The position numbers and the translations under genes were made by a program. From an uncultured Chloroflexia bacterium (GTDB taxonomy: Bacteria > Chloroflexota > Limnocylindria > QHBO01): a stretch of 64,000 bases of DNA. Below the pieces are notes generated by a model. That model was not told the DNA's origin, ran no database searches, and saw only the letters and a program-made list of their open reading frames with translations. The DNA is taken from positions 192,817 through 256,816 of the forward strand of contig CAWFCQ010000006.1 of assembly GCA_963814375.1 (NCBI GenBank), in the 5' to 3' direction. Numbering within the stretch: position 1 is the stretch's first letter; every line of letters begins with the position of its first letter. Shown here one piece after another: positions 1 through 11,122 of the stretch.

Positions 1-27
1 CGCCTCGAGGAGCTGACGGGGCAGTAG
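1..27 (+). CDS. 3' end of an upstream gene (...RLEELTGQ*), partial
   Basis: Frame-1 codons ending TAG at 25-27; too short to identify. Confidence 0.35.
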   Translation, partial: RLEELTGQ

Positions 28-33
28 CCGCCC

Positions 34-39
34 TAGACT
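34..39 (+). promoter_or_regulatory. Putative -10 box TAGACT (leaderless purD transcript)
   Basis: TANNNT hexamer 6 nt before the GTG at 46; no SD. Confidence 0.5.
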
Positions 40-45
40 CGCGCG

Positions 46-1356
46 GTGGACATTCTTGTTCTCGGCGCAGGCGGGCGCGAGCACGCACTGGCGTGGCGCC
101 TCGCCCGCGACGAGAGCGTGCGGTCCGTCCGCATCGCGCCGGGCAACGGCGGCACGGCGGCGGTGGGCGCGGCGATCGCCGACCTCGACATCACCGATCC
201 GATGGCGGTCGCGCGTCACGCCGCGCGGGAGCGGTACGGGCTCGTCGTCATCGGACCCGAGGCTCCCCTCGCGATGGGCGTGGCGGACGAGCTCACCGCG
301 GCGCGCGTCCCGACCTTCGGGCCGGCCCGCGCCGCGGCACGCCTCGAGTCGAGCAAGGCCTTCGCAAAGCGGCAGATGGAGCGGGCCGGGGTGCCGACCG
401 CGCCATCGGCTTCGTTCACCGATGCGGAGGCGGCGCTGGCGCACGTCCGAGCCGGCGAGCGGCCGCCGGTGGTGAAGGCGGACTGGCTGGCGGCGGGCAA
501 GGGCGTCGTCGTGCCCGACACGATGGAGGAGGCGGAAGGGGCCGTCCGCGACCTCTTCGCCGCGACCGCGGCCGGGGCGCGCGTCGTGCTCGAGGATCGC
601 CTCTACGGGCGCGAGGTCAGCGCGTTCGCGCTCGTCAGCGGGACGACGGTGGCGCCGCTGGCCGCCGCCTGCGACTACAAGCGGCTCGACGACGGCGACG
701 CCGGGCCGAACACCGGCGGGATGGGCGCGTACGCCCCGGTGCCGTGGTTCGGATCCGATGCGCTCGAGCGAACCGTCGCCGAAGTCATCGAGCCGATCGC
801 GTGGCGGATGGCGCGCGATGGCACCCCCTACCGCGGAGTGCTCTACGCCGGCCTGATCCTCACCGCCGACGGACCGATGGTGCTCGAGTTCAACGCCCGC
901 TTCGGCGACCCGGAGGCGCAGGTGCTGCTGCCGATGCTCGACGGTGATCTCGCGCACGCGCTGCTCGGCTGCGCCACTGGCGACCGTGGCCTGATGGAGG
1001 GCTCGGTCCGTCCGCGCTCGGGGTCGGCCGTCAGCGTCGTCGTGGCCGCCGAGGGCTATCCCGATGCGCCGATCACCGGCCGTGCGATCGAGGGAGCCGA
1101 GCCCGCCACGCCCGGGGACGACGGCGACGTGCTGTTCTTCCACGCCGGGACGCGCCGGACGTCCGCCGGGTACGAGTCGATTGGCGGGCGGGTGGTGACC
1201 GTCGTCGGCAGGGGGGCCACGCTGGCCGATGCCCGCGAGGCCGCCTATCGGGGCGTCGGCGAGGTGCGCCTCGAGGGAGGCCGATTCCGGACCGACATCG
1301 CGGACCGCGAGCTACATCGTGACGATGGGAAGGAGCTCGGCGAAGAGGCCGGGTGA
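46..1356 (+). CDS. purD: Phosphoribosylamine--glycine ligase
   Basis: GxGGREHALAW, GPEAPL, LESSKAFAK, AAGKGV, DYKRL..GPNTGGMG, EFNARFGDPE motifs. Confidence 0.97.
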   Translation: MDILVLGAGGREHALAWRLARDESVRSVRIAPGNGGTAAVGAAIADLDITDPMAVARHAARERYGLVVIGPEAPLAMGVADELTAARVPTFGPARAAARLESSKAFAKRQMERAGVPTAPSASFTDAEAALAHVRAGERPPVVKADWLAAGKGVVVPDTMEEAEGAVRDLFAATAAGARVVLEDRLYGREVSAFALVSGTTVAPLAAACDYKRLDDGDAGPNTGGMGAYAPVPWFGSDALERTVAEVIEPIAWRMARDGTPYRGVLYAGLILTADGPMVLEFNARFGDPEAQVLLPMLDGDLAHALLGCATGDRGLMEGSVRPRSGSAVSVVVAAEGYPDAPITGRAIEGAEPATPGDDGDVLFFHAGTRRTSAGYESIGGRVVTVVGRGATLADAREAAYRGVGEVRLEGGRFRTDIADRELHRDDGKELGEEAG

Positions 1357-1659
1357 CCGCGGCACCCGCTCAAGCATCGACGTCGCCGCATCAGCCGATG
1401 CGGCCTCGATGACGTAGAAGCCGCCGAGGGCCTCCTTGGACTCGAGGAACGGTCCATCGGTCACGAGGAGCTCGCTTCCGTCGAAGCGAACCGTACGCGC
1501 CTGCTCGGGAGGGCCAAGCGCCTCGCTCGCCACGAGCGCGCCGCCCTCGCGCAGGAATGTGGCGAAGGCGAAGTGCTGGTCGAGAATCGCGCGCCGATCG
1601 TCGGGCGAGAGGGCCGCCTCGGCCTCGGCGTCGCCGTGGAGGAGGAGCAGGAACTTCAC
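1312..1659 (-). CDS. YciI/DGPF-domain protein
   Basis: TDGPFLESKEALGGFYVIEA motif; likely GTG start 1659; overlaps purD 3' end convergently. Confidence 0.88.
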   Translation of the reverse strand: MKFLLLLHGDAEAEAALSPDDRRAILDQHFAFATFLREGGALVASEALGPPEQARTVRFDGSELLVTDGPFLESKEALGGFYVIEAASADAATSMLERVPRSPGLFAELLPIVTM

Positions 1660-1751
1660 TGATCGCCTCGCATCTGCTGATTTCGTCACGATCTGACGAC
1701 GAACGGCCGGGGGCCGGATCGACCGGCATCGGCCGACTATCCTTGATCGCG

Positions 1752-2237
1752 ATGCCCGCCGTCGCCGTCATCTGCGGCTCCCGCTCCGATCTGCCCGCCC
1801 TGAAGGGCTGCTTCGATGCGCTCGATGACTACGGCATCAGCTGGGAGGCATCGGTCATCAGCGCCCACCGCCAGGCCGATGCGCTGCATGCCTACGTCGC
1901 CGAGGCCGAGTCCTCCGGCGTGCAGCTCTTCATCGGCGCCGCCGGACTGGCCGCTCACCTGCCGGGGGTGCTCGCCAGCCTGACGGCGCGGCCGGTGATC
2001 GGCATTCCGCTCGATGGCGGCTCGCTCGGCGGAGCCGATGCGCTCTACGCCGTCGTCCAGATGCCGCCCGGAGTTCCGGTGGCCACCGTCGCCATCGGCA
2101 GCGCGGGCGCGAAGAACGCGGCCCACCTGGCGGCCCGCATCCTCGCCCTCGCCGACGCTGCACTTGCCGAGCGCGTGGCCACCTTCCGCCAGGAGCAGGC
2201 TTCACGGGCGGAGCTTCGCGTCGACCCGCGGGGATGA
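1752..2237 (+). CDS. purE: N5-CAIR mutase
   Basis: GSRSD, SAHR, AAGLAAHLPG, QMPPGVPVATV; ATG 1752 with TATCCT 8 nt upstream. Confidence 0.96.
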   Translation: MPAVAVICGSRSDLPALKGCFDALDDYGISWEASVISAHRQADALHAYVAEAESSGVQLFIGAAGLAAHLPGVLASLTARPVIGIPLDGGSLGGADALYAVVQMPPGVPVATVAIGSAGAKNAAHLAARILALADAALAERVATFRQEQASRAELRVDPRG

Positions 2238-2238
2238 C

Positions 2239-3546
<1,308 letters not shown>

Positions 3547-3558
3547 TCGACGCCGACC

Positions 3559-4449
3559 ATGCGACGCTGGCTGGCTGACGCCCGCGAGGCGGCCGACGAG
3601 GTCGCCGGGCGACCCACGCTGTGGCTGCCGGGCGCGCTGGCATGGGTCCTCACATTCGGATGGCTTGCGCTGCTGATCGGCGTGGCCACGCCGCCGACGA
3701 CCGCGGAGCTGACCTTCATCGGAGCACGGCTGGTGACCTCCGGCGCGTGGCCGTGGAATGCCGTTGCCATCGCGGCCGGCGCGGCGGTGCTGGTGGTGGC
3801 CATCTTCATGGTGTGCGGGGCGGTGGAAGCCGTGCTCGTTCGTGGCCCACGCGCGACCCTGGCCGATGCGGTGCGGGTGGCGGCGCTCGGCATGGTCTGC
3901 GCCGTGCCGGCGGTCGTCGGTGTCTTCGCGCTCGCCGCCGTGGCCCCGGCCGTCCTCCAGGCCGAGTTCAACGCCCCCGCCGGGATCGCCCCGCTGCTGC
4001 GCAGCGCCGAGCGCCTCGGACCGCTGCTGGTGGCGATCGTCCTTGCCTGGGTCGTCGGCGCGGGCTTCCACGCCGCTGCGGCTCGGGTGACGCTGGGCGG
4101 CCGCGGCGTGCGTGCGTCCCTCGTAGGCGCCCCGACAGTGCTCGCCCGACCCGGAATCGCGGCGCCCGTGCAGGCCGCCGTCCTCTTCGCCGCCAAGACG
4201 GTCTATCTCGTCGTCGCGGCGATGCTGCTGCGGGTCCTGTGGGATCCGATCGGCGCCCGGCTGGCGAGTGACGGGATGGGCCCCTCGAGCCTCCTGCTGC
4301 TGGTAGGCTTCGTGGCGATCTGGCTCTGCCTCGTCCTCGGCGGCGGTGCCCTCCACGCGTGGGGATCGGTGTCGTGGTCGCGCGTGCTGCGTCTCCGGAG
4401 CGCAGCCGGGGGGCCGGTCGCTCAGATGGAGACGCATCGCCGATCGTGA
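3559..4449 (+). CDS. Hypothetical polytopic membrane protein
   Basis: About 6-7 hydrophobic segments; tight spacing in operon; stop overlaps next start. Confidence 0.75.
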   Translation: MRRWLADAREAADEVAGRPTLWLPGALAWVLTFGWLALLIGVATPPTTAELTFIGARLVTSGAWPWNAVAIAAGAAVLVVAIFMVCGAVEAVLVRGPRATLADAVRVAALGMVCAVPAVVGVFALAAVAPAVLQAEFNAPAGIAPLLRSAERLGPLLVAIVLAWVVGAGFHAAAARVTLGGRGVRASLVGAPTVLARPGIAAPVQAAVLFAAKTVYLVVAAMLLRVLWDPIGARLASDGMGPSSLLLLVGFVAIWLCLVLGGGALHAWGSVSWSRVLRLRSAAGGPVAQMETHRRS

Positions 4450-4952
4450 ACCCGGACATCAGCCTCGGGATTCAGCTAGACCTCGCCCTTCGGATGACGG
4501 TGGCGCTCCTGCTGGGCGCGGTCATCGGCTTCGAGCGCGAGCTGCAGAGCCAGCCGGCCGGGTTCCGTACGCACAGCGTCGTGGCGCTCGGCGCCGCGAT
4601 CTTCACGGTCGTCAGCGCCTTCGGATTCTCCGGCCCGGGCGCCGATCCGACGCGCATCGCGGCGCAGATCGTGTCAGGGATCGGGTTCATTGGCGCGGGG
4701 ACCATCATCCAGTCACGAGGGCAGGTCCGCGGGCTGACGACCGCGGCCAGTCTGTGGTCGGTGGCGGCGGTAGGCATGGCGGCGGGGGCCGGCCTGTACG
4801 GAACGGCCGTGATCGCAACGATCCTGATGCTGATCATCCTGTCGCTCTTCGACTGGGCCGAGTCGCGCGCACGGCGCCGGCTGGGGCTGCAACCCGAGGA
4901 GAAGCGGCCGCCCGGCGTCGACTCGGACGCGAAAGAGAAGGAGACGACGTGA
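4446..4952 (+). CDS. MgtC/SapB family membrane protein
   Basis: GFERE..AGFRTH, DPTRIAAQIVSGIGFIGAG, GLTTAASLW. Confidence 0.93.
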   Translation: MNPDISLGIQLDLALRMTVALLLGAVIGFERELQSQPAGFRTHSVVALGAAIFTVVSAFGFSGPGADPTRIAAQIVSGIGFIGAGTIIQSRGQVRGLTTAASLWSVAAVGMAAGAGLYGTAVIATILMLIILSLFDWAESRARRRLGLQPEEKRPPGVDSDAKEKETT

Positions 4953-5830
4953 CCCTGACAACGACGCATCTCGAAGGGCTGGAGCTCGTGCACAGCGGCA
5001 AGGTGCGCGAGACGTACGAGGTCGACGACAGCCACCTCCTCCTTGTCGCGACCGATCGCCTGAGCGCATTCGACGTTGTCTTCGACCAGCCGATCCCGGA
5101 AAAGGGCGCCGTGCTGACCCGCCTGTCGACGTGGTGGTTCGAGCGGCTGGCTCACCTCGGGCCATCGCATCTCGTGACCGCGGACCCGGCCGACCTGCCG
5201 GAGCCCGCTCGCACGTCGGAGCTCGAAGGGCGATCGATGCTCGTGCGTCGCGCGGATCGTGTTGATGCCGAATGCGTCGTTCGCGGCTACCTCGCCGGAT
5301 CGGGCTGGGCCGAGTACCAGCGCACCGGCGCCGTGTCCGGCCACGGGCTTCCGGCGGGCCTGCGCGAGGCGGATCGGCTGCCCGAGCCGATCTTCACCCC
5401 CTCCACCAAGGCGGAGGTCGGACACGACGAGAACATCACGCGCGACCAGCTCGCCGACCTGGTCGGCGGCGACCTCGCTCGCCAGCTCGAGGAACGCTCG
5501 CTCGAGCTGTACCGGGAGGGAGCGCGCCATGCCGAGTCGGTCGGCCTCATCCTTGCGGATACCAAGTTCGAGTTCGGATTCATCGATGGGGCCCTCGCGG
5601 TGATCGACGAGGTCCTGACGCCCGACTCGAGCCGCTTCTGGGACGCTGAGCGCTACGCGCCCGGTTCGAGCCCGCCGAGCTTCGACAAGCAGTTCGTGCG
5701 TGACTTCGTCGCCGCGTCCGGGTGGAACAAGGAGCCACCAGCGCCGACGCTGCCCGACGAGGTCATTGCCGGGACGCGCGATCGCTACGTCGCCGCCTAC
5801 GAGCGGCTGACCGGCCGGGGCTGGGCCTGA
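4949..5830 (+). CDS. purC: SAICAR synthase
   Basis: SGKVRETY, TDRLSAFD, ECVVRGYLAGSGW, DTKFEFG, DEVLTPDSSRFW, DKQFVRD. Confidence 0.97.
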   Translation: MTLTTTHLEGLELVHSGKVRETYEVDDSHLLLVATDRLSAFDVVFDQPIPEKGAVLTRLSTWWFERLAHLGPSHLVTADPADLPEPARTSELEGRSMLVRRADRVDAECVVRGYLAGSGWAEYQRTGAVSGHGLPAGLREADRLPEPIFTPSTKAEVGHDENITRDQLADLVGGDLARQLEERSLELYREGARHAESVGLILADTKFEFGFIDGALAVIDEVLTPDSSRFWDAERYAPGSSPPSFDKQFVRDFVAASGWNKEPPAPTLPDEVIAGTRDRYVAAYERLTGRGWA

Positions 5831-5833
5831 TCG

Positions 5834-6115
5834 GTGCGCTGGACCGCCGAAGTCCACGTCGGCCTGCGTCCGGGCATCGCCGATCCGGAGGGCCAGACGG
5901 TGGCGGCCGCCCTCCGTTCACTCGGGCACGCCTCGGTGAATGAGGTCCGCTTCGGCAAGCTGATGCGCATCTCGTTCGAGGCCGACGACGCGACTTCCGC
6001 CGAGGCGGAGGTGGCCGAGATGTGCCGCCGGCTGCTCGCGAACCCGGTGATGGAGACGGCGACCTGGGAGATCTCTGCCGACGAGCAGGTCGGCATGGCC
6101 GAGGCTCTCCCGTGA
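5834..6115 (+). CDS. purS: FGAM synthase subunit PurS
   Basis: DPEG, VRFGK, LLANPVME. Confidence 0.93.
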   Translation: MRWTAEVHVGLRPGIADPEGQTVAAALRSLGHASVNEVRFGKLMRISFEADDATSAEAEVAEMCRRLLANPVMETATWEISADEQVGMAEALP

Positions 6116-6858
6116 CACTCGTCGCGAGCCGGCCTCAGCTCGCGATCGCGGTCTTTCCGGGCACGTGGAGCGAGCGCGACTTCGCCCATGTCGCCGAATC
6201 GGTCCTCGGCTGGGATGCCCGCCTGGTCTGGCACACCGAGACCGACCTCGGGCCAGCCGACGCCGTGGCGCTGCCCGGCGGCTTCGCGCACGGCGACCAC
6301 CTCCGCACCGGAGCGATTGCCCGCTTCTCGCCGATCATGGCCGCGGTCGAGGCGTTCGCCGCGGCCGGCGGCCCGCTCATCGGCAGCTGCAACGGCTTCC
6401 AGATCCTCACCGAGGCCGGATTGCTGCCGGGGGCGTTGATGCGCAACGACCACCTCGAGTTCCGCTGCGACTGGCAGACGCTTCGCGTCGAGAACGCGGC
6501 GTCGTCCCGGCCGTGGCTGAGCGGCATCGACGACGGCGAGCTGATCCGGCTCCCGATCAGTCATGGCGAGGGCCGGTACGTCGCGGATCCCGCCACCCTG
6601 GACGAGCTGGAGTCCAATGGACGCATCGTGCTGCGCTACGTCGATGACGCCGGCGCGCTGGCGCCGGAAGCCAATCCGAACGGCTCCGAACGAGCGATCG
6701 CCGGGATCGTCAACGAGCGCGGCAACGTCCTCGGGCTCATGCCGCACCCGGAGCGTGCGTCCGAATCGGAGGTCGGAGGCACCGACGGCCTGCGCCTCTT
6801 CAAGGCCCTGGAGCGGTGGCTCCACGATCAGCCGGCAGTCGCGGAGCGTCGGCTATGA
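6112..6858 (+). CDS. purQ: FGAM synthase glutaminase subunit
   Basis: FPG, PGGF..GDHLR, GSCNGFQIL, HGEG, GLMPHPER. Confidence 0.96.
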   Translation: MTLVASRPQLAIAVFPGTWSERDFAHVAESVLGWDARLVWHTETDLGPADAVALPGGFAHGDHLRTGAIARFSPIMAAVEAFAAAGGPLIGSCNGFQILTEAGLLPGALMRNDHLEFRCDWQTLRVENAASSRPWLSGIDDGELIRLPISHGEGRYVADPATLDELESNGRIVLRYVDDAGALAPEANPNGSERAIAGIVNERGNVLGLMPHPERASESEVGGTDGLRLFKALERWLHDQPAVAERRL

Positions 6859-6903
6859 TCGGCCGCGACGCCTAGACCCGGTTGCAGGAGGGGCGAACGA
6901 CGC

Positions 6904-8178
6904 ATGGACGACGACCAGCGGGATCGGGGCGACCTTCCGGAGTCGGGCGAGACTCCCGAGGGCGCCGCTGAGGAGCAGGCACCCGCCGCGGCCGAGCCGA
7001 GCAGCCGGTCGAGCCCGAGCAGCCGGCCGAGCCGGAGCAGCCGGCATCGGAACCAACGCAGCCCGTGGCGTCAACCGAGCCCGAGGCGCCCAGCGCACCC
7101 GAGCCTGTCTGGCCGACGGAGCCGCCCGAAGCCGGGTCGGCCGCGGAGGACACCTGGCCCACCACGCCTCCGGAGCGTGGAGAGGAGCCGATCCTGGAGC
7201 CACCCGGCGAGGCGGAGGCGTATCCCGCCGCAGCCGGCGCAGGCGCCGCGGCCGCGGCAGAGCCAGCGCCGATCGAGGCCGAGGCCATCCCGGCGGAGCA
7301 GGCCACGCCCCGGCCGCGACCGAGGCTCCTCCGGTCGAGGCCGAGGCCTATCCGGCCACCTCGCAAGAGACTGCCGCCGCGGCAGCGGGCGCCCAGACGG
7401 TGCCCGAGACCGAGTCGGCGACCGGCGAGAGCACGCAATGCCCGCGCTGCGGGACGGAGAACCGGCCGGGCCTCGCCTTCTGCCGGAGCTGCGGGCAGCG
7501 GTTGGTCGCGGCGGGTGCCGCCGCCACCGTCGCGCGGCCGGGAGCGCCCGAGGGAACGATGGCCTGCCCGCGCTGCGGGACGCACAACCGCTCGGGAGTC
7601 GCCTTCTGCCAGAACTGCGGGGCCAACCTGCGCGGCACCGCGGAGGGCTACGTCCCGCCGGCGGTGGCGGGCGAGCCGGTCGCCGACGGGAGCGGCTGCC
7701 ACGCGAGGCGGCGCGGTCCTCGGTCCGGTGGTGCTGCTCATCGGCCTCATCGGCCTCATCACCGGCTACCTCCTGCCGTTCCTGTACGGCAGCGGATCCC
7801 TCTTCGAGCGGGCCTTCGGCAGCGGTGGGTACGGCATCTGCGTTCTGGACCGCCTACCCGGAGGTCGACGCGCAGCTGGCCGATCAGATCTACTTCGGGC
7901 TCGCGGCCCCGGTCCCGATCCTGGCCGTGCTCCTGCTCGTCCTCGCCGTGGCGGGCTTCGCGCGGGCGGCGCCCGGCGGATTGCAGCGCATCGGGCTCAT
8001 CGTCGCCCTGGTGTGGAGCCTGGCCCTGATCGTCATGTTCGTCGTCGTCGAGCTGGCGGGGAACTGGAACGGCGATCTCGTCGGCATGCTCCGCGGCCTC
8101 TCGCCGGCGGGGATCATCTTCTTCCTCTCGTCGCTCATCGTCGTGATCGGGACGTTGACTCGGTTCGCCCGGAGCTGA
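6904..8178 (+). CDS. Double-zinc-ribbon membrane protein with acidic P/E-rich N-terminus; frameshifted as read
   Basis: Coherent protein only by switching frames near 6998, 7310, 7690 and 7838; CPRCG..FCRSCG and CPRCG..FCQNCG, then ~4 TM helices; SD AGGAGG upstream. Confidence 0.7.
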   Translation: MDDDQRDRGDLPESGETPEGAAEEQAPAAAEPSSRSSPSSRPSRSSRHRNQRSPWRQPSPRRPAHPSLSGRRSRPKPGRPRRTPGPPRLRSVERSRSWSHPARRRRIPPQPAQAPRPRQSQRRSRPRPSRRSRPRPGRDRGSSGRGRGLSGHLARDCRRGSGRPDGARDRVGDRREHAMPALRDGEPAGPRLLPELRAAVGRGGCRRHRRAAGSARGNDGLPALRDAQPLGSRLLPELRGQPARHRGGLRPAGGGGRAGRRRERLPREAARSSVRWCCSSASSASSPATSCRSCTAADPSSSGPSAAVGTASAFWTAYPEVDAQLADQIYFGLAAPVPILAVLLLVLAVAGFARAAPGGLQRIGLIVALVWSLALIVMFVVVELAGNWNGDLVGMLRGLSPAGIIFFLSSLIVVIGTLTRFARS

Positions 8179-8181
8179 GCG

Positions 8182-8910
8182 GTGGTCCGCTTCTGCCCGA
8201 ACTGCGGTACCGAGGTTGACGACTCTGCCGTCTTCTGCCCGACCTGCGGCCAGGCGATCGACCAGGACGCGGAAATCGAGATGCCCCCGGCGCCGGCGTG
8301 GCCGGAGCCGTCTCCCCGAGCCGCCGATGCGCCGGTCGAGATGGAGCCGGTCGCGCCTGAACCGGCCGCGGCGGAAGACGAGCCTCCGCTCGAACCGGCC
8401 TGGGAGACAATCCCGCGCCGTCCTCCCGAAGGCGGTCCGGCTGCCGCGGGGGCTGCCAGCGGCCAGGTTGACACACCGACGGCGGTGACCGACCGGCCGT
8501 CGGATGCGGCGAGCCCCAACGACGCCGGATCGGGGTTAGACCTGCCATTCACCATGCCGGTCATGCTGTCCGGATGGCTCATCGGCGGCGGCTCGCTGGT
8601 CGCGGCGCTCGGGGCGCTGGCAAGTCTCTTCAGCGGCTCGGTCAACCTGGTCGAGCTCCTCCTCCTCGTCGGGCTGGGCGGTGTCGCCGCCACGGTCTTC
8701 CTATCGGCATCCTTCCCGACCTTCCCCCACCTTCGCCTTGCGACGATCGCGATCGTGCTTGTCGGATTCGGCGTCGCGCTCGATCGTCTGAGCTTCGGCG
8801 CGGCGGGCATCGGCGAGCTGCTCCTGCTGCTGGGCACGGCCGCGGCTGCGATGGGCGCGATCATCCTCGAGATCGGTCGCGATCAGCCGATGGGCACATC
8901 GGCAGGCTGA
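8182..8910 (+). CDS. Zinc-ribbon domain membrane protein
   Basis: FCPNCG..FCPTCG, P/E linker, ~4 C-terminal TM helices. Confidence 0.85.
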   Translation: MVRFCPNCGTEVDDSAVFCPTCGQAIDQDAEIEMPPAPAWPEPSPRAADAPVEMEPVAPEPAAAEDEPPLEPAWETIPRRPPEGGPAAAGAASGQVDTPTAVTDRPSDAASPNDAGSGLDLPFTMPVMLSGWLIGGGSLVAALGALASLFSGSVNLVELLLLVGLGGVAATVFLSASFPTFPHLRLATIAIVLVGFGVALDRLSFGAAGIGELLLLLGTAAAAMGAIILEIGRDQPMGTSAG

Positions 8911-8914
8911 CCCC

Positions 8915-11122
8915 TTGACCCTCGCGCCCCCAGCCGAGCAGCGTCACGGGCTCACAGAGGACGAGTACGAGCTCGTCGTCGCATCGCTCGGACGATCGCC
9001 GAACGAGGTCGAGCTCGGCATGTTCGGGGCGATGTGGTCGGAGCATTGCGCGTACAAGCACTCCCGGCTCCTCCTCCGGCGGCTCCCATCGGACGGTCCG
9101 CGGGTCCTCGTCGGGCCCGGCGAGAACGCGGGGGCGATCGACATCGGCGACGGGCTGGCGGTCGTGTTCAAGGTGGAGTCCCACAACCATCCGAGCGCGG
9201 TCGAGCCCTACCAGGGCGCGGCGACGGGTGTCGGCGGCATCATTCGCGACGTCTTCACCATGGGCGCCCGGCCGATCGCCCTGCTCAACAGCCTCCGCTT
9301 CGGCCCGCTCGACGCCGATGACGTGACCGACGAGGCCGACGCGGCCCGCAACCGGTACCTCTTCGGCGGCGTCGTCGGCGGGATCGCCGGCTACGGCAAC
9401 TGCATCGGCATCCCCGACGTCGGCGGCGAGGTCGGCTTCGATGCCGCGTACTCGGGCAACCCGATCGTCAACGCCATGTGCGTCGGCATCGCGCGCCACG
9501 ACGACATCACCCTGGCGCGGGCGGCCGGGCCGGGCAACGTGCTGCTCCTCGTCGGGGCGGCAACGGGGCGGGACGGCATCCAGGGCGCCTCGTTCGCATC
9601 GGCCACGCTGGGAGACGATCGCGAGGAGCGGCGGCCGGCGGTGCAGGTCGGCAACCCGTTCCTGGAGAAGCTGCTGATGGAGGCGTGCCTCGAGCTCGCG
9701 TCGCACGACGGCGTCGTCGCGATGCAGGACCTCGGTGCCGCGGGCCTCACCTGCGCGCTGGCCGAGCTGACGGCGCGCGGCGGTGTCGGTGCCGAGGTCG
9801 ACCTCGACGCCGTGCCCCGGCGCGAGGGCGGGATGACCCCGTACGAGGTGCTCCTGTCAGAGTCGCAGGAGCGGATGCTCATCGTCGTCCGGCCCGACGC
9901 CGTTGCCGGCGTCCGCCGCGTGTTCGACCGCTACGAGCTCGCGGCCGCCGACATCGGCATGATCACGGCCGAGCCGATGATCGACTGCCGCGCCGCGGGC
10001 GAGTGGGTGTGCCGGGTCCCCGGGCGCGCCCTCGCGGACGACGCGCCACGCTACGCGATCGCGGGCACGGCGCCCCAGCCGCGTCGCGACGAGCTCGACT
10101 CGCTGGCGGTGGCGGCGGTGGGCGTCTCCGACCTGCTCGAGCTGCTGGCCAGCCCGAACGTTCGCGATCGGCGGCCGATCTGGCAGCGCTACGACCACAT
10201 GAACGGCACCAACACCCTGGTCGGACCGGGTGCCGGTGACGCGGCGCTGCTCCGGGTCAAGGGCACCGGGCGCGCGCTGGCGCTTGCGATCGACGGCCCG
10301 GGCCCGGCGCGGGTGGGCGTGCTGGATCCCTACCTGGCCGGGGCATCGGCCGTGGTCGAGGGAGCGCTGAACGTGGCATGCAGCGGCGCGGAGCCGATCG
10401 GCATCACCGACTGCCTCAACTTCGGCTCGCCGGAAACCGGGCTCGGCGCATGGCAGCTCGAGCGGTCCATCGACGGCATCGCGGACGCGTGCCGCGCCCT
10501 GCGGCTGCCGGTGGTCTCCGGCAACGTCAGCCTCTACAACGAGACGCCGGACGGTCCGATCGTCCCGACTCCCGTGGTTGGCACGGTCGGCCTGCTCGCC
10601 GATGGCGGCGCGGCCCTTCGCATGGCCTGGCGCGACGGCGAGGAGCTGTGGCTCATCGGCGAGCTCGCCGATGACTCCGCCTCACTCGCGGGGTCCGAGC
10701 TCGCCTGGCGCCGCGGGCAGCGTGCCGGACGGCCGGCCCTGGACCTGGCCGCGGCCGCACGCGTCGTGAAGCTCGTCCCCGAGCTCGCCGCGGCCCGCGT
10801 GATCGCAGCAGCCCACGACCTGTCGACCGGCGGGCTGGCGGTTGCGCTGGCGCGGATGGCGATCGCCGCCGGGCGCGCGGCCGACGTCCAGATCGACACC
10901 CGCCGGCCGGCGGCCGCGCTCTTCGGAGAGCGCGCCGGTCGGGTGATCGTGGCGATCGATCCGGCGCGCCGGGCGGAGCTCGAGGCGCGCGTGCGTGATG
11001 CGGCGGTCGCGTCGCGCCGGCTGGGGCAGGCCGGCGGGGCGACCCTTCGCGTCGTCGCCGGCGATCGTCGCCTCGAGCTGCGTCTCGACGAGATGGCGGC
11101 CGCCTGGCGGACGCCCTTCTAG
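8915..11122 (+). CDS. purL: FGAM synthase subunit PurL (small type)
   Basis: MWSEHCAYK, KVESHNHPS, QDLGAAG, LLSESQERM, DCLNFG, VSGNVSLYN. Confidence 0.97.
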   Translation: MTLAPPAEQRHGLTEDEYELVVASLGRSPNEVELGMFGAMWSEHCAYKHSRLLLRRLPSDGPRVLVGPGENAGAIDIGDGLAVVFKVESHNHPSAVEPYQGAATGVGGIIRDVFTMGARPIALLNSLRFGPLDADDVTDEADAARNRYLFGGVVGGIAGYGNCIGIPDVGGEVGFDAAYSGNPIVNAMCVGIARHDDITLARAAGPGNVLLLVGAATGRDGIQGASFASATLGDDREERRPAVQVGNPFLEKLLMEACLELASHDGVVAMQDLGAAGLTCALAELTARGGVGAEVDLDAVPRREGGMTPYEVLLSESQERMLIVVRPDAVAGVRRVFDRYELAAADIGMITAEPMIDCRAAGEWVCRVPGRALADDAPRYAIAGTAPQPRRDELDSLAVAAVGVSDLLELLASPNVRDRRPIWQRYDHMNGTNTLVGPGAGDAALLRVKGTGRALALAIDGPGPARVGVLDPYLAGASAVVEGALNVACSGAEPIGITDCLNFGSPETGLGAWQLERSIDGIADACRALRLPVVSGNVSLYNETPDGPIVPTPVVGTVGLLADGGAALRMAWRDGEELWLIGELADDSASLAGSELAWRRGQRAGRPALDLAAAARVVKLVPELAAARVIAAAHDLSTGGLAVALARMAIAAGRAADVQIDTRRPAAALFGERAGRVIVAIDPARRAELEARVRDAAVASRRLGQAGGATLRVVAGDRRLELRLDEMAAAWRTPF

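Noticed and set aside
1312-1356. Convergent 3' overlaps (purD/yciI; also 31583-31627 and 18845-18866) as antisense control
   Set aside because: Common in compact high-GC genomes; no further support
6990-7060. GAGCAGCCGG-type repeats as CRISPR or VNTR
   Set aside because: They encode an EQP/EPE linker; no spacers or cas genes
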